64,000 nucleotides of DNA. It comes from Octopus vulgaris. Lineage: Eukaryota. This document shows, piece by piece, positions 50,981 through 64,000 of this stretch; positions within the stretch are counted from its first letter, which is position 1, and each line of letters begins with the position of its first letter. The DNA lies in NCBI GenBank assembly GCA_951406725.2, contig OX597836.1:50468001-50532000 (forward strand), written 5' to 3'. The notes beneath the pieces were generated by a model, which worked only from the letters and a program-made list of their open reading frames with translations, did not search any database and had not been told where the DNA came from. Made by a program: the position numbers and the translations under genes.

Positions 50981-53414
50981 CACACCTATATTTATATGGT
51001 TTGGGGTTTGGTCCCACTGCATAGCACGAATGGCAAGTTTCTTCTACTATTGTCCTGGGCTAACCAAATTCTTAAGTGTATTTGGCGAATGGAAGAATAC
51101 CACCAGGTATACGTTTGTGTTAGTGTCCCCTTGTCTTCGTATTACATAATAGTTGTAAAATATGTTATACAAGCTGTGCATTTCCAATAGTCTGTGAGAA
51201 CATGTCTGGCCAGGGAGAAATATTACATTGATTGGAAACAAATAAGGGTTGGTTACTGGGAGGGTTCCCTCTGGCCCTTGTAAACATGGTCAAGCAGGCA
51301 TTAAATGTGTGTGTATCAGCCTCGTCATTTTAGCATCCTCTTTCCATGTTTGCATGGGTTACACAGCATTTATTGAGGCAGATTTTCTACAACCGGAAGC
51401 CCTTATTTCCAAGCAAGGTAATATTTCCCCCATGACCCAAAAATGGTTTTTGTAGATAACTGGAAATGAACACCTTCACTTGTATGGTGATGATGATGAT
51501 GTTCATTTGTGGCCAATCCATGTCTAGGCAAAGCCACATACATACAAGTGCTTCTTACAGTTTCCATCTATCAAGTCTATTCACAAGGCTTTGGTTAGCT
51601 TGGGACCATAATAAAAACATGTCCGAGTGCCATGCAGTGGGACTGAACCCAAAACCCATCCAGCTGGGAGACAAACTTCTTAACTGCAGAGCCATGCCTG
51701 GTCCTGTCTTTAAGAAGTTTGTCCTGGAACAACTCTGCAGTTTCTGGCATTCATTCCCACCTCGTCGACACTATCAGCTGGTGTCGTTGTCTTCAATAGC
51801 CACAGATTGACTTGTGAACGGAATTTGCGTGATGGAAACTGAAGAACTTCCCAGATTCAGATGTGGGGCCAAAATGCAGTTCCAAACTTGTTTCTAATCC
51901 TCCTCATCCTCTTCATGCTTTTTCTGAGGTAAAACAAAGCCGAAATATTGAAGAAAACAACAGCAAGAGGAAATGCTTGTGGTAGATCTTTTGTCAGGAA
52001 GTGATTCTGACTGGGTGGACCACCCCCTAAGAATGGATTGTTTAACAGGAACGGGTCTTGATTCTATCTTCATTAAATACATGAATATGTTGATGACAAT
52101 GCTACTCTCTCTTTTAGGGAACTGAAGAAATCAGTCCATATACTTCTGAAAAGCAAGTAGCATATAAACGATTAGATATCTAACCCTGTACCCTTATGCC
52201 ATGAGTAGGCAACTTGACCAAATTGCCTGGCTGTCTCACAAGCTTGGCTCGGTTTTTACTTTCTAGTCCCTTCCTAAGACTATGTTGACAGTGAAGTGAC
52301 AGAAGAGAAACATGAGCCAGAATATCAGAAATGTGTGGGTAGGGTGACAGTGATTTCGTGTATTGAAGTTGGTTAAACATTTCTCAGGGACATTATTTTC
52401 TATTGATCTCTATATTCAACAACGAAACTGAAAGTGTGCATCGGGATGTCATTTGTAAACATTCTAATCATCATTATTTATGCTTCCACTTAAGAGTTTG
52501 TTTAGAATTTTGTGTTTTATTGAGCAGCAAAATCCTTAACCTTTGTCAACGTTTTATGTCCATGTTGATGGCATCATTAGTACAGGAGAGCTTGTACTGG
52601 ATGTGTCGTCTAACACAGGACCTGTTTACAATCCCGACGCGGGGACATTAATCTGCTTGCCTTGATTGTCCGTTAATGAGTTCCGTTAATCTGTCTTTAG
52701 TAGTTGGGTTCAGGTGTGGCGAGCTAAAAGAAGTAACCTGTAGAATTATGCAAAATGGAATCTAACAACAAAAGGTAACAAACTGAGGAGTTCATAGAGT
52801 TTGGAGTTCAAATCCATTAGGGCCATCTCCCTGGGAACTATGTTAAGGGTGTGCTTGTCTGTGGAACACTCAGCCACTTGCACATTAATTTCACAAGCTG
52901 GTTATTCCATTAATTGAAGAGTGAAACCCATACCATATTAGGTGCACCCTATTTTCTGCAGCTCAAATTCAGGGGAAAAGTTTTTACTGCATTAAAGCCA
53001 GTTTGCATGTACAGTCTGCAGTTATTTGAAAAAGTGCATTTTTGCTCTCTCCAGTTTTGTTGGGTAAAAAAACAAGGTGTCCAATTGTTGTAGAACAAAT
53101 CCAGCCCCACCCATGCCACAGTGGGGGAAAGAGACTGTTTGTATAATGGCAGCAGAAATATGCCGAAAGTGATCGGCAAGGGTTGGGTTGACATTTCACG
53201 TCTCTCTCAGCTTCCCCTGTCCCTTCACCGAATGATTCCAAGACATCTCCAGACGCCATCACTCATTGTCAATAGACTCCCGCTAATAACTTGCCCGTTA
53301 GGAAACAGTTGACTTGATTGATAGATGTGACTTGGGCATTGGGGTTTGGGATGCCTCCTGGTATCAATAAGTGAAAGGATTTTATTGTTTCCATTTTCCA
53401 TTTGTTTTGTGTAG

Positions 53415-53523
53415 GTGAACATGATCAAAGAAGATGGTCAAGTAATTCATTTCAACAACCCCAAAGTACAGGCATCCTTGACGGCCAACACCTTTGCCAT
53501 TACTGGTCATGCAGAGACAAGGC
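53415..53523 (+). CDS. BTF3: BTF3 coding exon 3 ([36 protein letters not shown])
   Basis: TAG and GTAAGT boundaries. NAC domain core [10 protein letters not shown]. Confidence 0.97.
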
Positions 53524-53655
53524 GTAAGTTTACACTTGCTATTCTGCTCTCTCTCTCTCTCTCTGAATATGTATACACGTGTGGTAGGTTTTGTGGGTTG
53601 TTCCTTGTAAATTAGGTTCGTCTTGTTTTATCTGTTGGATATCATTTTGTATTAA

Positions 53656-54668
53656 CCCTTTCGTTACTACATTTTTGACCAAAATACATCCCTCATGAGT
53701 TTCAATTAAATTCTAAAATAGTCATGAATTTAAGCTTGTTTCATTAAATAACTAACTTTTCTACTTAATCAACATATTAATGTGATATTTGGAACATAAT
53801 TAAAGAAAGGGTTCTTAATCAATTCTGTTGCATAAATTTTGTCTCAAATCCGCCACAAGTTTGACCGAACTAAAGAAATAGGTCAAAAAAATAATATACG
53901 GCCCTGGTTATGGTATGGAAGTGATAAATTCCAGACCACATCATTCCCGAGGCCATGCTGACTAACATTATTTTCCCTGTATAAAAACTAAATCCACAAC
54001 AGTACCCAGTATTTGCTTCACAAATTTTCCGAACTTTGATCCCCCATTTTGTATTTGTTCCCGAAGTGATTGCTTCAAAGAAGCATACTGAAAAAAATAA
54101 AAGTCTAATGGTTTGATCCTTAAGAAAGACTATAGATAAACTATCTCCTCAGAAAAATTGTTATTAAAAACGTTTTTAAAGTTTTTACTTCATTCCGATG
54201 TAAAATTGTCTTTGCTGTCGCCATCGCCGCTTTGTTTCTTCGGAATTGCTGCTTTCGGTTTCAGATAAAAAAAATATCCTATTAATTATTGTACACCAAG
54301 TACTGTTGTACCTCATTCATTCTTTTTCTCGATATCTCCCTATTTTCCGTTGAAAAAAAGCTTTAAATTCAGAATCAATGCTTGATAACATGAAACTCAT
54401 ATCCATTTTCAAAGTTGAAGAAAAATCAATGCCGAAAAAAATGTGGAAAAAAATCTCCCAAAATTCACTGAGTTGAGATATCACGTCAAGCAATGTCGGA
54501 TACTATAACCCAACTATTTACAATGTGAAATCACGTGTTTTAACGAATGTACCAACGAGATTTGGGTTCAAATTTACATTTAAATAACAATAGGTTCTCT
54601 CGGCCAGGTTGGTATTATGAAGCAAAACATTTTTTCCACCGGCCACGGCCGGGTTAGTAACGAAAGGG
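53656..54668. mobile_element. Non-autonomous piggyBac-type DNA transposon, copy 2
   Basis: Same TIRs, TTAA at 53652-53655 and 54669-54672. Interior collinear with copy 1 but lacking about 200 bp. Confidence 0.92.
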
Positions 54669-55678
54669 TTAAGAGAGGCATCGACTCTAATTGAATGCCT
54701 CACACTAGCCTTGAGATGTTTTAGAGACTTGTTTGGTAACATAAAGGAAGAATATGCTGGGCATGATACCAGTGTAACCATCTTTTGTGTGAACTAGGCT
54801 TGTCACACAAATGTTGGAAGAACTTTTTTACAAATTAAGTTTGAAAGTCATTCAACTGGAATTTTTGTCGGCAAAAGTCTTTGCTAACAATAAAACTGAG
54901 AATTGCTTTATTCTGTTTTCTTCAATCAGCTTGGTCAGATGATTTAACTGTTGATATTTTTGAACTTTAGTGCCATTAACTTGTCTAAGAACCAAGATGT
55001 AGAGTTTTTGTTGTTCAATTTCAAAACTGAAAATGGAATTTCTGGAGCTTTTCATGAACAAAAACTGTTGTAGAGTTCACTGGTGCAGTGTACAACTGGC
55101 ATTTCGAAGATTTTGTCAGCGCTTAACTGTCAATTGCTTCCACATATTTTCTCTGGCAACTCTATAAACCCTAATAGTTAATTGAAGTTAATTAAGAAAA
55201 GCTGCCTCTTTGTATCCAAAGTAGATTTTTAACACATTCTCAAAAAGGCATAAGCACAGGCCTGGCTGTGTGGTTAAGAAGCAGCATGGTTCCAGGTTCA
55301 TTCCTACTGCGTGGCCCCTTGAGCAAATTGTTTTTTATAGCCCCAGGCAGATTAATGCCTTCAGAGTGGATTTTGTAGGTGGAAACTGTGGAAGCTCGTT
55401 TTGTATTCCTTTCCTCTCCTTCTTGATAATCAGTGTTGTTTTGTTTACATCCTTGTAATTTGGCAAAAGTACTGAAGTTGATTTATTTGACTAAAGCTCT
55501 TCAAGGTGGTGCCCCATTGTGGCTGCCGTCCAATGACTGAAACAAGATAAAAGGATAAACAAATATGTGAGGTTTTAAATGTTTCTTCAGTGAAAACTAG
55601 TAGCTGGGGATAGGTGTGAACATATAAACTTGATAATTTGGTGTCTTTGATTTGGTTATTTTGAATGTATCTTTGTAG

Positions 55679-55768
55679 AAATTGCTGAGATGTTACCTGG
55701 AATCTTGAACCAGCTTGGTGCCGAGAGTTTGAGTAATTTAAAGAAGTTGGCTAATAGCGTGGCTGGAG
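55679..55768 (+). CDS. BTF3: BTF3 coding exon 4 ([30 protein letters not shown])
   Basis: TAG and GTAAGT boundaries. EMLPGILxQLG motif. Confidence 0.96.
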
Positions 55769-56176
55769 GTAAGTCTTCTTGTCTGAACATTGATGCTTTA
55801 ATCTGTTGTTTTTGTTGTCACTGGTTGATCTGATAATAACGTTACTATAGCAACCAATATAGAAACCATAAAATAATTTGAAGACATTTCTTGGAAATAA
55901 TATTAATTGGTAAACGTCAAGTGTGTCGTGCATCAACTGACGAGTGGGATCATTAACGACTGGTGCTCGTTTAGAATACACTTTAAACCTGAAAGCAGAC
56001 ATCATTCTGGATATTCTGCTTCAGATATTTCGAGTGTTACACCTGACATGAAATATTTATTAAAAAAATAGTTTAATCCGCTTTTTATATTTTTATGATG
56101 GTCCACTTTGTTGCTGTTGTTGTCATTATTATTATTACAGTTGATTAGTCTAACTCTGTTTGATTGTTTTTTGCAG

Positions 56177-56239
56177 CAGAGGGAGACACCAGCAAACCTT
56201 CTACAGAAGACATTGATGCTGATGATGATGAAGTTCCTG
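56177..56239 (+). CDS. BTF3: BTF3 coding exon 5 (AEGDTSKPSTEDIDADDDEVP); NAGNAG acceptor 56177/56180
   Basis: CAGCAG tandem acceptor, GTAC donor, DDDEVP motif. Confidence 0.93.
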
Positions 56240-57504
56240 GTACAGTAGACTTTTTGCTTCCAACATTCCCACGCACATCTTGTCGGCTTTTGCATGTTTC
56301 CTGAAGCACAACCATCACTTCACCCCACCCCACCCCACCCCTTGTAAGCTGCCAGGCTTGGTTTCTAGTTTGTAACTCAAAAGGTATTTCAAGGCCAAAG
56401 AAAGATGATGTTTTTCTATAAAATCAGTGGAACAAGAAAGAGTCTTTGTATGTAGAAGAGAGATTTTAGCTTGTAACATTCTGACAGTCAATATCAAAAT
56501 GTAGATGTCAGTTTGTACATCAGCGATAAAGGTCAGAAGGCGATAGGCATGAAATAAGTGTTCAAATCAGAAGATTGTGGATGTTGAGTCTGAGGGGAAT
56601 AATTTTTGAAAGATCTGAGTAAATACACTTAATTTACAAGTTCCAAGTTTGAGCTGATTACCCAAATTACCCAAAACGATACGATGTGAGATGAGGGTCA
56701 TGCTGGAGCTGTAATTCTTGCTGTCTGACGTCAATTACAGCAACAGAGTAAAAAACAATATAAGCTTCTTCATAACAGCTTCATACAATGGGAGGCGAAT
56801 GTCAAGTGAGGAAAGGAGGTAAACTGCCTCAAAGTTGTTGCACTATTTTGGCTTAATTGCCATAATTACAAAAATAACACCAAGTTAATATTTCCATGTT
56901 CTATTGAGAGAGAGAGAGAGAGCAGTTAGAAAATGGGTGGTGGACAGCTCAATGTCTTTACTGCAACTAACTCGACTTTTACTTTTGAACATGTCTCAGA
57001 CTTGGGCAGAAGTTGATGTTTGAAACTTTCGCAATGCTAGCCTTAATGGGTCGGCATCTGTCTCAAACAACTAACTCAAGCTACAGTGACAAAAATAGAT
57101 TTTACTCTTCAGCAGACTGAAAGTCGATAATAAAATAAAAGACAAAACCATGTTTATAAGAGGAATTAAATGTTCAGACAAGTGTATCAAAATGGAAGTA
57201 AGATCCAATATGGCAGAAAGTATATATCCTGGTAAATATAATGTGAGCTCATAGTAGCTCCAGGAGACAAATTAAAGATGTGCTTGGCACTAAATTCTAG
57301 CACAGTTGCTAAAATTAACAAGAAACAGAACTGCATGCAGGTGTATGGTAAAAGATAGACAACTTTTTCTATTACTTGATCCATCATGGGTTGAATAGAG
57401 GTTAGCAGTGTCTAAGAAGAGTGCCGAAAGCACAAGATAATCTCTGATATACAAGGTGTCAGGTAAAAAAAAACAAAAAAAAAAACGACTTAACAGGCAC
57501 TGTT

Positions 57505-57755
57505 ACAGTGGTGTAACTCTAGAGACTGCCCAAGAATATGGTGCAATGCACAAATGAATGTTGGAGAGGGGCGGTTAACCAACAAAATACCAAATATTTA
57601 CAAACCTAAGTATATAAAGTGAAAAAGGTAAAAAGTAAGGATCTAAATACATTTGTAAATATTCTGTATTTTGTTCGTTAAATTTTCTTTTTGTCCCCCA
57701 ATATTCATTTGTGCATTGCACCATATTTTTGTGCAGTTTCTACAGTTATATCATC
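57505..57755. mobile_element. Foldback MITE-like element with ~90-100 bp imperfect inverted arms
   Basis: AATATGGTGCAATGCACAAATGAAT at 57535-57559 and its exact reverse complement at about 57702-57726. Pairing extends on both sides. Confidence 0.8.
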
Positions 57756-58339
57756 TTGTATGTCAGAGATTATCTCATACTTTCGGTGCTCTTCTCAGAC
57801 ACTGCTTACCTCTCTAGTTGGTGGTGACATCAACATCAGGACTTGCCTGGCACTGACATTTTATCAACCCTGAAAGGATGAACAGCAACATTTGAACTCA
57901 GAACATAAAAAACCATTAAACAAACGATTTTACCAGCTCGCTGCCTTATAATAATCATAACAATAATAATAATTGTATTTATATTTTGGCCAACAATTTC
58001 GACGGAGCAGGGCGAGTCAAAAGCTATAACCCATAATCATTGGACCCTCTTTGAATGGTTTTGGTAACATAACACACTTTTTTCATTCAAGAATAGTTGA
58101 CTATCCAGACTTGTTGAGTGTTTTTTCGTTTTTGAAGAAGGGACTCTGAATGGCCTCCTGCAAGTCATAACATGATTCTAAGAGAGAAACGTTTTAAAAT
58201 GATATATTCCTTATACGTTGGCTTATTTTTAGTGAGACCAGTTAAGTAGCATGGGATTGACTAAATAAGATGGGTGACTGTTTTCCAAAGCTTTGTGATA
58301 TTCTGTGAGACAATTAACGCCTGTTTTTTCTTGTTTCAG

Positions 58340-58386
58340 ATCTTGTGGAAAACTTCGATGAACCCTCCAGAGGAGAAGGTGTTTGA
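58340..58386 (+). CDS. BTF3: BTF3 last coding exon (DLVENFDEPSRGEGV*)
   Basis: CAG acceptor, DLVENFDE motif, TGA at 58384-58386. Total CDS 486 nt. Confidence 0.95.
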
Positions 58387-58866
58387 GAACTACTTTCCAC
58401 CACCATTTTTCTATCTCTCTTCTCTTCTCTTTACTCTGTCTATCACGTCTCTGCATTTACTACTGCAATCCCTAAGCAAAATGAGTTTTCTGCATTTCAT
58501 ATTGGCATGTCCAGCCTCTTCTATGCCCGTCGACTGCCCAATCTCTACTGGCACCTGGCGACCTCACTCCCCACCCAAACAAACTTCTTGTAGGTTTGGG
58601 AGACATTAGTTGGAGAGACTGTTGGATTTTTCTCACATTTACTATAAGAATGCGGAATTTAAAATTTCAAGAAAAACTTTTGTTTCCTGTCTCCCCCATT
58701 TGTTTTCTTTTTCTCGACTTTCAACAAAGGTATTTTTATTTATTTTTTTTTACCCTGTCCTTAATTCTATAAATTTTTTTTTATTTTAAGAAAGGCGAAA
58801 GCCTCAAACCCTTGGCCCCTTCCACTTTGTTTTCTGAGACTGTAAATGTACATAAATCAACAGAAT

Positions 58867-58935
58867 AATAAAAAAAAAGATATGAACACTTTCCATACTG
58901 GGTTTTGTTTTTGTTTTTTTCTTTTTGTGTGTTTA
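58867..58935 (+). terminator. Probable BTF3 polyadenylation signal with downstream GU-rich element
   Basis: AATAAA at 58867-58872, about 480 nt after the stop, followed by a GT/T-rich tract at 58900-58935. Confidence 0.6.
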
Positions 58936-58959
58936 TACACATTAACATAATGATCATCT

Positions 58960-59400
58960 TCATCATTGTTTAACATCCGGTTTCCATGCTGGTAGGAGTT
59001 GGATGGTTTGACAGGAGGAGCTAGCAAGCCTGGGGACCATGCCAGGTTCCATTGTCTGTTTTGGCGTGGTTTCTACAGCTGGACGCCCTTCCTAATGCCA
59101 ACCACTCCACAAAGTACTGGGTGCTTTTTATGTGGCATGAGCACCAATATTAATGCTGCTGCTGTGGTGGACAGGTCTTGAATACAGAAAGGCACCAGAT
59201 GTCTCGGTTCTTCATCATCCCTTTCATAAGGCTCAGTGTCTTGAAATTAGTCTTCTTGGCTTTCTCTCTCCACTTTAAGCAGTCGGCACTTTTGTATGCG
59301 ATGTACATCCATCTGCATCGCATGACCAAACAAGTGCAGGCTTCTCTCCTGCACACTGCATATAATTCCTTTTACGTCTGACGTCTCTCTCGATACACTT
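58960..59400 (-). mobile_element. Degenerate RTE LINE 3' fragment
   Basis: Tail motif at 58960-59140. The minus strand of 59300-59365 reads ICSVQERSLHLFGHAMQMD, similar to ISCGVQERRLHWYDHVTRME in the LINE at about 50270. Confidence 0.65.
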
Positions 59401-62400
59401 GCAGTTTATTGCACATCCAGCAGAGTTAAACTAAAAGAGCTTCCAGAACAGCTTAAAGGATGGCAATCTTTGAATTAACTGCTGAGCTTTTGTTATATTT
59501 AAGGTTAGACAGTAAAAGCACCACTTTGAAGTGGAAAAGAGAATCAAAGGAGCAGAGATGTGTTTAGACCCTTCTTCCATTGTGTTGGACATTGGTCAAA
59601 TTGTGCGATTGAGAAGCTTACTTTGCAAACCATGTGGTCTCGGGTGTCGGTTCTATTGCGAAACTGTCTTCTATAGCCCCAGGTCGACCAAAGCTTTGTG
59701 GTAGATGGGAACTGAAAGAAGTCCTTCATACATATGCATAGTGCAGCCTCCTGGCGTGTCTGTTCTCAGTCAAACTGTTCCACCCCTGCCCCAGCATGGA
59801 AAGCAACATGATGATGAGGTGTTATTTGTTAGGAGTCATCCATGAAAATTGTTTTGCCATTACATTGCTTGGAAATACATGAGGTTTGGTGACAGAAAGA
59901 GCATCTGGCCATAGACAATTTGCCTCAAATATTGTCTGAGTCTTGCAATCCTGGAAAGGTGGACGTTGAATGGTGATGTATATATGGGTAGAAACATGGC
60001 TGTGAAGTAGTTGCCTTCCCGACCACTTGGTTTCAGGTTCATTGCTACTACGTGGCACCTTGAGCAAGTATCTTCTACAGCCTTGTGGTGGATTTGGTTG
60101 AAAGAATCCCATTGTGTGTGTGTGTGTTAGTGTTTCCTTGTCTTAGCATCGTGTGACAGTTGTAAATGAGTGTCAATGTTGTACAAGTGGAATCTCATTC
60201 CCAATTTTTCATGAAATGTTCAAATCAGCCAGATCTGACCTCTCCTATTGAAATCACAAAGCTATGAGATAATACAGGATTAATTCAAAACAATGTGAAT
60301 GAACAAGCATCACATCTGGAAGTCATGTAAATGTCAAAGATTTGAAAATGCATAGAATAGTGAAACCATTTCACGGGTCCCAAAGACTCCTTTTCTGTTA
60401 TTCTGGTGAGTTTACCATTTCTGTAATATCTTCAAAAACCCTCACATTAACATCCTAGAAGCAAGATGAGACTGCTTCTTGAGTATAAAACTTTATCCTT
60501 ACCTCGAAAATATCAGCAATAGACGACAGGAAATGGTAGCTTCTCCATGGAAATTAAATCCAGTTGGCAGCAAGTTTCTTTCCTGATTTGCAGTGTTTGA
60601 CACGATAGTGATGTATAGGTATGGCCAGGTTCAATTCCACTGCATGGCACCTTGGGTACGTGTCTTTTACTATAACTTCAGTTTAACCAATGCCTTCTGA
60701 GTGGATTTGGTTGATGGAAACTGAAAGAAGCCCGTTGTGTGTATATACACATGTGTCTGTTTGTCCCCCACCACCAGTTGACAGTTGGTATGTTTACATC
60801 CCTGTGACTTGGCGGTTTGGCAAAAGAGATCGACAGAATGATTTCTAGGCTTTTTAAAAGAGACAAGTCCTGGGGTCAATTCGTTCAACTAAAAATTCTT
60901 CAAAATGATGCCCCGGTATTGCCATGCTCTAACGACTAAAACAAGTTAAAGATGAAAGAGGTTTTCTTGGCAACCATTTTGTACTTGTACTCCAAATGAC
61001 TTATCCACATTTAACAAAATCTAGGAATTATTGTTTGTCTTCTTTAAGCAATTTTGTATTTCCATTCCAAACATTTTTTTGTTTTGTTTTGTTTCTATCA
61101 TTGGGGGCCACAGCCTTGAAGGGCCCAGCACTTAAGTCTGCTACTCTATCGATTTCTTTTTGTCAAATTGCTAAGTTAGAGGCACATAAATGAATCACTG
61201 GTCGTTTAACAATAGAGGAGGTCAAACATTATAAATATGACAAGCTTCTTTCAGTTTCCATCTACTAAATTTGCTCATGGGGCATTGGTTGGCCCAAAAC
61301 CTTTGTAGGGAGCCCAAGGTTTCGTGCAGTGGGACTAGCAAACTTCTTGATCCATTGCCTCTAAAACACTCTAGTGAAAATTTAAATCATAAATATATAT
61401 TTTATGAACTTTCTAAATAACTGTACCCCCCACCAATCACTACCCATGAAATTCCCCATTCACTGACTTAGTTCGACAGGATTAAACAAAAGTCGGGGTT
61501 TTCTCCCTGCGATAGTTTCCTCAATATTTTTCATCTTCTCGTAAGTCTTTGGACTTTGGCCATGCTGGGGCGTCGCTTTGATCAAACATATCAGTCTCAG
61601 TCCTTGTTCTTTGGTGCTTATTCCATCAGCCCCTTTTGCGAAACCGCTATTTGAAGAGGACGTAAGCAAACCAACGGCAGGGTCACACACACACATTTAA
61701 AAAAAACAGTTTGATTCGGCCCCTTAGCTCATCACAGGATCCGAATTTGTCGAGTTAGGTTCTGGCGAGGCACCCACAAAGCTCTGTGATTTTTAAATAT
61801 TAATAATTTATGCAACTCCTATTAAATGTGTTGGAGTGGCTCTTTCTTTTGTTTGCCTACTGACACGTAATTTCGTGTGTGTGTGTGTGTGTACGACAGT
61901 TTGACATTCAGGTAAAAAAAAAACGACGGTATTTAATGCCTTAAAGCATGAATTATAGACCTGCATTTTATACGCCATATCTAATGTCAATTAAGGCTAA
62001 AACTCTTGAATGAGTTGAACACAAGGCAAGGGCGACAACTCCAGATTTACTAAAGAAAACCACTGGAGAGGGATGGCAGAATGGTTAAGACGCTGGGGAA
62101 AACGCTTAGCGGCATTTCGTCCGTCTTTAGGTTCCCAAGTTCAAATTTCGCCGGGGTCGATAAAATAATTACCAGTTAAACACAGGATCGACTTCCGCCC
62201 TCCTCAGTTTCCATAATCCAGTGTTTCTCTTTAACGATATTATATGAAGGCAATTTGGCTTCTTTTTTCCAATGAGAAATTATATTTGCTTGGATTATGA
62301 TAACCAGAAGCTATCGATCCATTACGAAGAGTGTACATGGTGAGAGGAAGAAATGGGAACAGCTATTTCCTCATTGCTTTTTTAATATTAACCTCCTTTC

Positions 62401-63244
62401 AATAGATGAGGTAGCAACATCTTGTGTACACACATGCACTCTTTCCCTCTCTCTCGTATGCATGTATGTACGTACATAATTATAGAAGGTGGTGCCTGAA
62501 AAAGTAATCCAGATTTTGTAGCATAGATACAGAAATAAAATTTATATACAAAAATGCCTCCAGCCTTTCGTCTGCAAGTGTCATTGTGTTATTTCAACCA
62601 CTTGTAACTGCAATTCAGAAGCCGTGTGTTATAATTTACTCGTTTCCTCTTTTCATCCACTTTTAATTGCTGTCATCATCATCATCGTTTAACGTCCGCT
62701 TTCCATGCTGGCATGGGTTGGACATATACTGGTGAAATGATATGGCTCCAACTCTAGATTTTTCAATTACCTGCAGACATGACATCCTGCTTATGTGAGG
62801 CTGCTGTCCTACTTTCCATGTTGATTCAAACTGTAGGGTCGTGTTGTTTTGGGACATTGTGTACTGACTCTGTAGTGTGTCACTTCTAAAGCAACAACTG
62901 TAGCATTCCCTTTGCTGATAAGCCTTTACCCAGAAACTTGACTTCAAAAATTTTAATCATTTGCTTAACAGAACCCTTTCTCTCATATGCTTTCACAATC
63001 TCCACTCTTTCTGCTATAGAGTCTGTCACCTTGCAGAACAGGCTAGCGATGACCCCGTCAATGTAATCTCACAACCATCTAATGTGCTGAGGTTAACAGA
63101 GCAGACAGTCAACCAGTTCATCATCTTTGTTCAGCAGTTACAGCAATTACAAATAACACAATGACACTCACTTGTGAAAGGCTGGATGCTTTTTCATGTC
63201 CATGAAATATTTCTGTATTTACACTATGCTATGGAAAATCAGGC

Positions 63245-63590
63245 TACTTGTTTCAGTCATTTGTCTGCGGCCATGCTGGAGCACCACCTTTAGTTGAACA
63301 AATCGACCGCAGGACTTATTCTTTGTAAACCTAGTACTTATTCTATCAGTTTCTTTTTGCCGAACCACTAAGTTACGGGGACATAATATATATGTATGTA
63401 TATATATATATATATATAATACATAATAACATGACGGGCTTCTTTCAGTTTCTATCTACCAAATCCACTCACAAGTCTTTGGTTGGCCTGAGGCTATAGA
63501 AGAAGACACTTACCCAAGGTAACATGCAGTGGGACTGAACCCAGAACCATGTGGTTGGTAAGCTAGTTACTTACCACACAGCCACTCCTG
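63245..63590 (-). mobile_element. tRNA-derived SINE (representative full-length copy)
   Basis: Minus strand shows A-box-like GTGGCTGTGTGGTAAG and B-box-like GGTTCAGTCCC, a microsatellite middle, and a 3' part AAGTACTAGG...GGTGGTGCTCCAGCATGGCCGCAG. Related copies lie near 6370-6690, 11600-11710, 19820-20160, 25140-25300, 29290-29430, 51535-51700, 55255-55560, 59990-60110 and 60620-60955. Confidence 0.75.
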
Positions 63591-63605
63591 TATCTATATG
63601 CATAT

Positions 63606-64000
63606 ATCATCATCATCATCATCATCATCATTTAGCGTCCGTTTTCCATGCTAGCATGGGTTGGACGGTTCAACTGGGGTCTGGGGAGCCCGAAGGCTGC
63701 ACCAGGCCAGTCAGATCTGGCAGTGTTTCTACAGCTGGATGCCCTTCCTAACGCCAACCACTCCGAGAGTGTAGTGGGTGATTTTATGTGCCACCGACAC
63801 AGGTGCCAGACGAGGCTGGCGAACGGCCACGCTCGGATGGTGTTTTTATGTGCCACCGACACAGGTGCCAGACGAGGCTGGCAGACGGCCACGCTCGGAT
63901 GGTGTTTTTATGTGCCACCGACACAGGTGCCAGATGAGGCTGGCGGACGGCCACGATCGGATGGTGTTTGTTACGTCCCCAAAGCACGGAGGCCAGTCTA
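63606..64000 (-). mobile_element. RTE LINE 3'-end, running off the window; three 62-bp tandem units
   Basis: (CAT)n followed by TTTAGCGTCCGTTTTCCATGCTAGCATGGG is the reverse complement of the LINE tail. Units start at 63786, 63848 and 63910. Confidence 0.87.

Noticed and set aside
63500-63590. tRNA gene (A/B box-like motifs)
   Set aside because: No complete cloverleaf. It is the head of a multi-copy SINE.
63783-63968. Regular 62-bp repeats resembling a CRISPR array
   Set aside because: The units are contiguous with no unique spacers and sit inside a LINE 3'UTR in eukaryotic DNA with no cas genes.

Overview
This is eukaryotic, AT-rich, repeat-dense genomic DNA. The SINE and LINE-tail families suggest an octopus or other cephalopod (inference). 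Two spliced genes lie head-to-head. The minus strand carries a 16-exon NASP / histone chaperone N1/N2 homologue (ATG 32243 to stop 5469, about 492 aa, or about 483 aa if exon 15 reads through to 8121), with one U12-type (minor spliceosome) intron at 14685-15989. The plus strand carries a BTF3 / NAC-beta homologue (6 coding exons, 46422-58386, about 161 aa). All exon phases were joined by hand and are consistent. The introns hold a 5'-truncated RTE-clade LINE, older LINE relics, two piggyBac-type non-autonomous elements, a mariner relic nested in a LINE, MITEs and foldbacks, many SINEs, and microsatellites. The best unexplained signals are a 71-nt near-perfect hairpin with pre-miRNA geometry (40119-40189) and a possible spliced non-coding transcript or second promoter upstream of BTF3. 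Nothing here can be called a new biological system from the sequence alone.
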